From NCBI GenBank assembly GCA_973895155.1, contig OZ316891.1:9983875-10047874 (forward strand): DNA of 64,000 bases, written 5' to 3'. The position numbers were made by a program, and so were the translations under genes. This document shows positions 62,950 through 64,000 of this stretch, piece by piece (position 1 is the stretch's first letter; every line of letters begins with the position of its first letter). This DNA is from Marsupella aquatica. Taxonomy: Eukaryota > Plantae > Marchantiophyta. The notes beneath the pieces were generated by a model. That model did not search any database. It was not told where the DNA came from and worked only from the letters and a program-made list of their open reading frames with translations.

Positions 62950-64000
62950 ACTATGATAATCCCTGCCTTGAGCTAAGTGTACAAAAAAACCTGACGAGTC
63001 CCCCTACTTCGCACAGGAGAAGAAAGAACAATTTGAGTGAGGCAATTACTCTTGAAGCCAATATCCTGCCGACCAAGTTTCTTGAACGAACAATATTCCC
63101 AGCCTCGAGTCAAGTATCCTCATTGCACCCAGGATGAAAACGCGAGGAGGAAACGAAGATAGAGTAAAACAAAACGCTCAGGACGACCGGCCTTATCCAG
63201 TCCAACCTCTTCGTTTTACCAACTTTCCCATTGCTCACAGATAGCCAAGCTTTTAAACTCCGCCTCATACATCGCGAAATAGATCTCTCTCAACAGCTCT
63301 GGCTGCAGCAGACGAAAATCCTGTGATTTACCATAACACTTCTCAGAGATACGTTTCAGGATAATAATACCATCTACAAAGTTTTTCCCAGCATCACATC
63401 CTCTGCAAGTAATAATTCATCCGTTTCCTCTGGCACATGTTTCAAACAAAGCATCACTCGTGTTCTTCCAAATAGGTTATCCACACGAGCAATTCCAAGT
63501 GGAGCCCCGCCCATCCTGCGCTCAGAGGAACCGAAATAGCCTGTTGAATCGACCTTCCTCCACAATAAATCCTCTAGTAGTGCAACTTGTCATTATCCAT
63601 TCACCCGAAGGCATCCAAACGACGATATAGAGTAGAAAGCGTTTCGTGACCATGTCAATACACGCCGTTAGGAAGCCCTTACTGCAGTCAGAAAGTTTGC
63701 TATTGGATGCAATATAGACGTCATATAAGCAAATACTGAACTCCTGAGATCATATAAACGCACAGAGAACTCCAGTTCCTTCGAAGATATCCCGTTGGAT
63801 CTATGTTAGATATATCTCGATCCTAAAGATGTGCCTCCGGAGTAATCTCCATCTATCGCGTACTGCTTCTTATCCCGTCCAAGCGAACCCAGCTCAAATT
63901 CTCCCCTTCCACCGAAACTTCAAATCTAATCCAGATCCTATCATCAGGACAAACGAAGCCCACTGTACGTCAAGACCTGAGCCACCTGATAACCACAATT
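62950..64000 (-). mobile_element. Possible degenerate L1 3' region (zf-RVT-like remnant)
   Basis: Minus-strand LLWRK..YF..ER..MG..G.C..E...LF..C-like pattern at ~63430-63570, broken by frameshifts. Confidence 0.3.

Overview
Eukaryotic, intron-containing land-plant genomic DNA, probably a non-seed plant (inference from protein style and TE content). Four host genes were read exon by exon: a TPT-family nucleotide-sugar transporter (+, 1404-2462), a PTPLA/HACD very-long-chain 3-hydroxyacyl-CoA dehydratase (-, 9 exons, 12144-15963), a SWI2/SNF2 Switch2/CHR9-type helicase (-, 8 exons, 18424-23344) and a Shewanella-like phosphatase SLP2 (-, 3 exons, 57049-60385). The centre (24122-50776) is a nested TE block. 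An apparent non-autonomous Helitron contains a complete Ty1/Copia element (24326-30369, TSD GAAAA) and an 18.8-kb CACTA/EnSpm element (31590-50378, TSD TTG). The most interesting feature lies inside the CACTA element. Just upstream of its TnpD/TnpA genes are three intact, co-oriented ORFs with no coding introns: a Cys/His-rich orphan, a stand-alone EDM2-type composite PHD finger whose N-terminus resembles the H3 tail, and a tandem BRCT protein resembling the DNA polymerase lambda BRCT. This suggests a transposon-encoded chromatin-reading and DNA-repair-engaging accessory module. The window also holds a CRE-like RLE non-LTR retroelement with an unusual T-rich 3' end, L1 fragments, a probable MITE, a captured RPL18a exon and several minisatellites. 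All family assignments come from motif recognition by eye; no database search was run.
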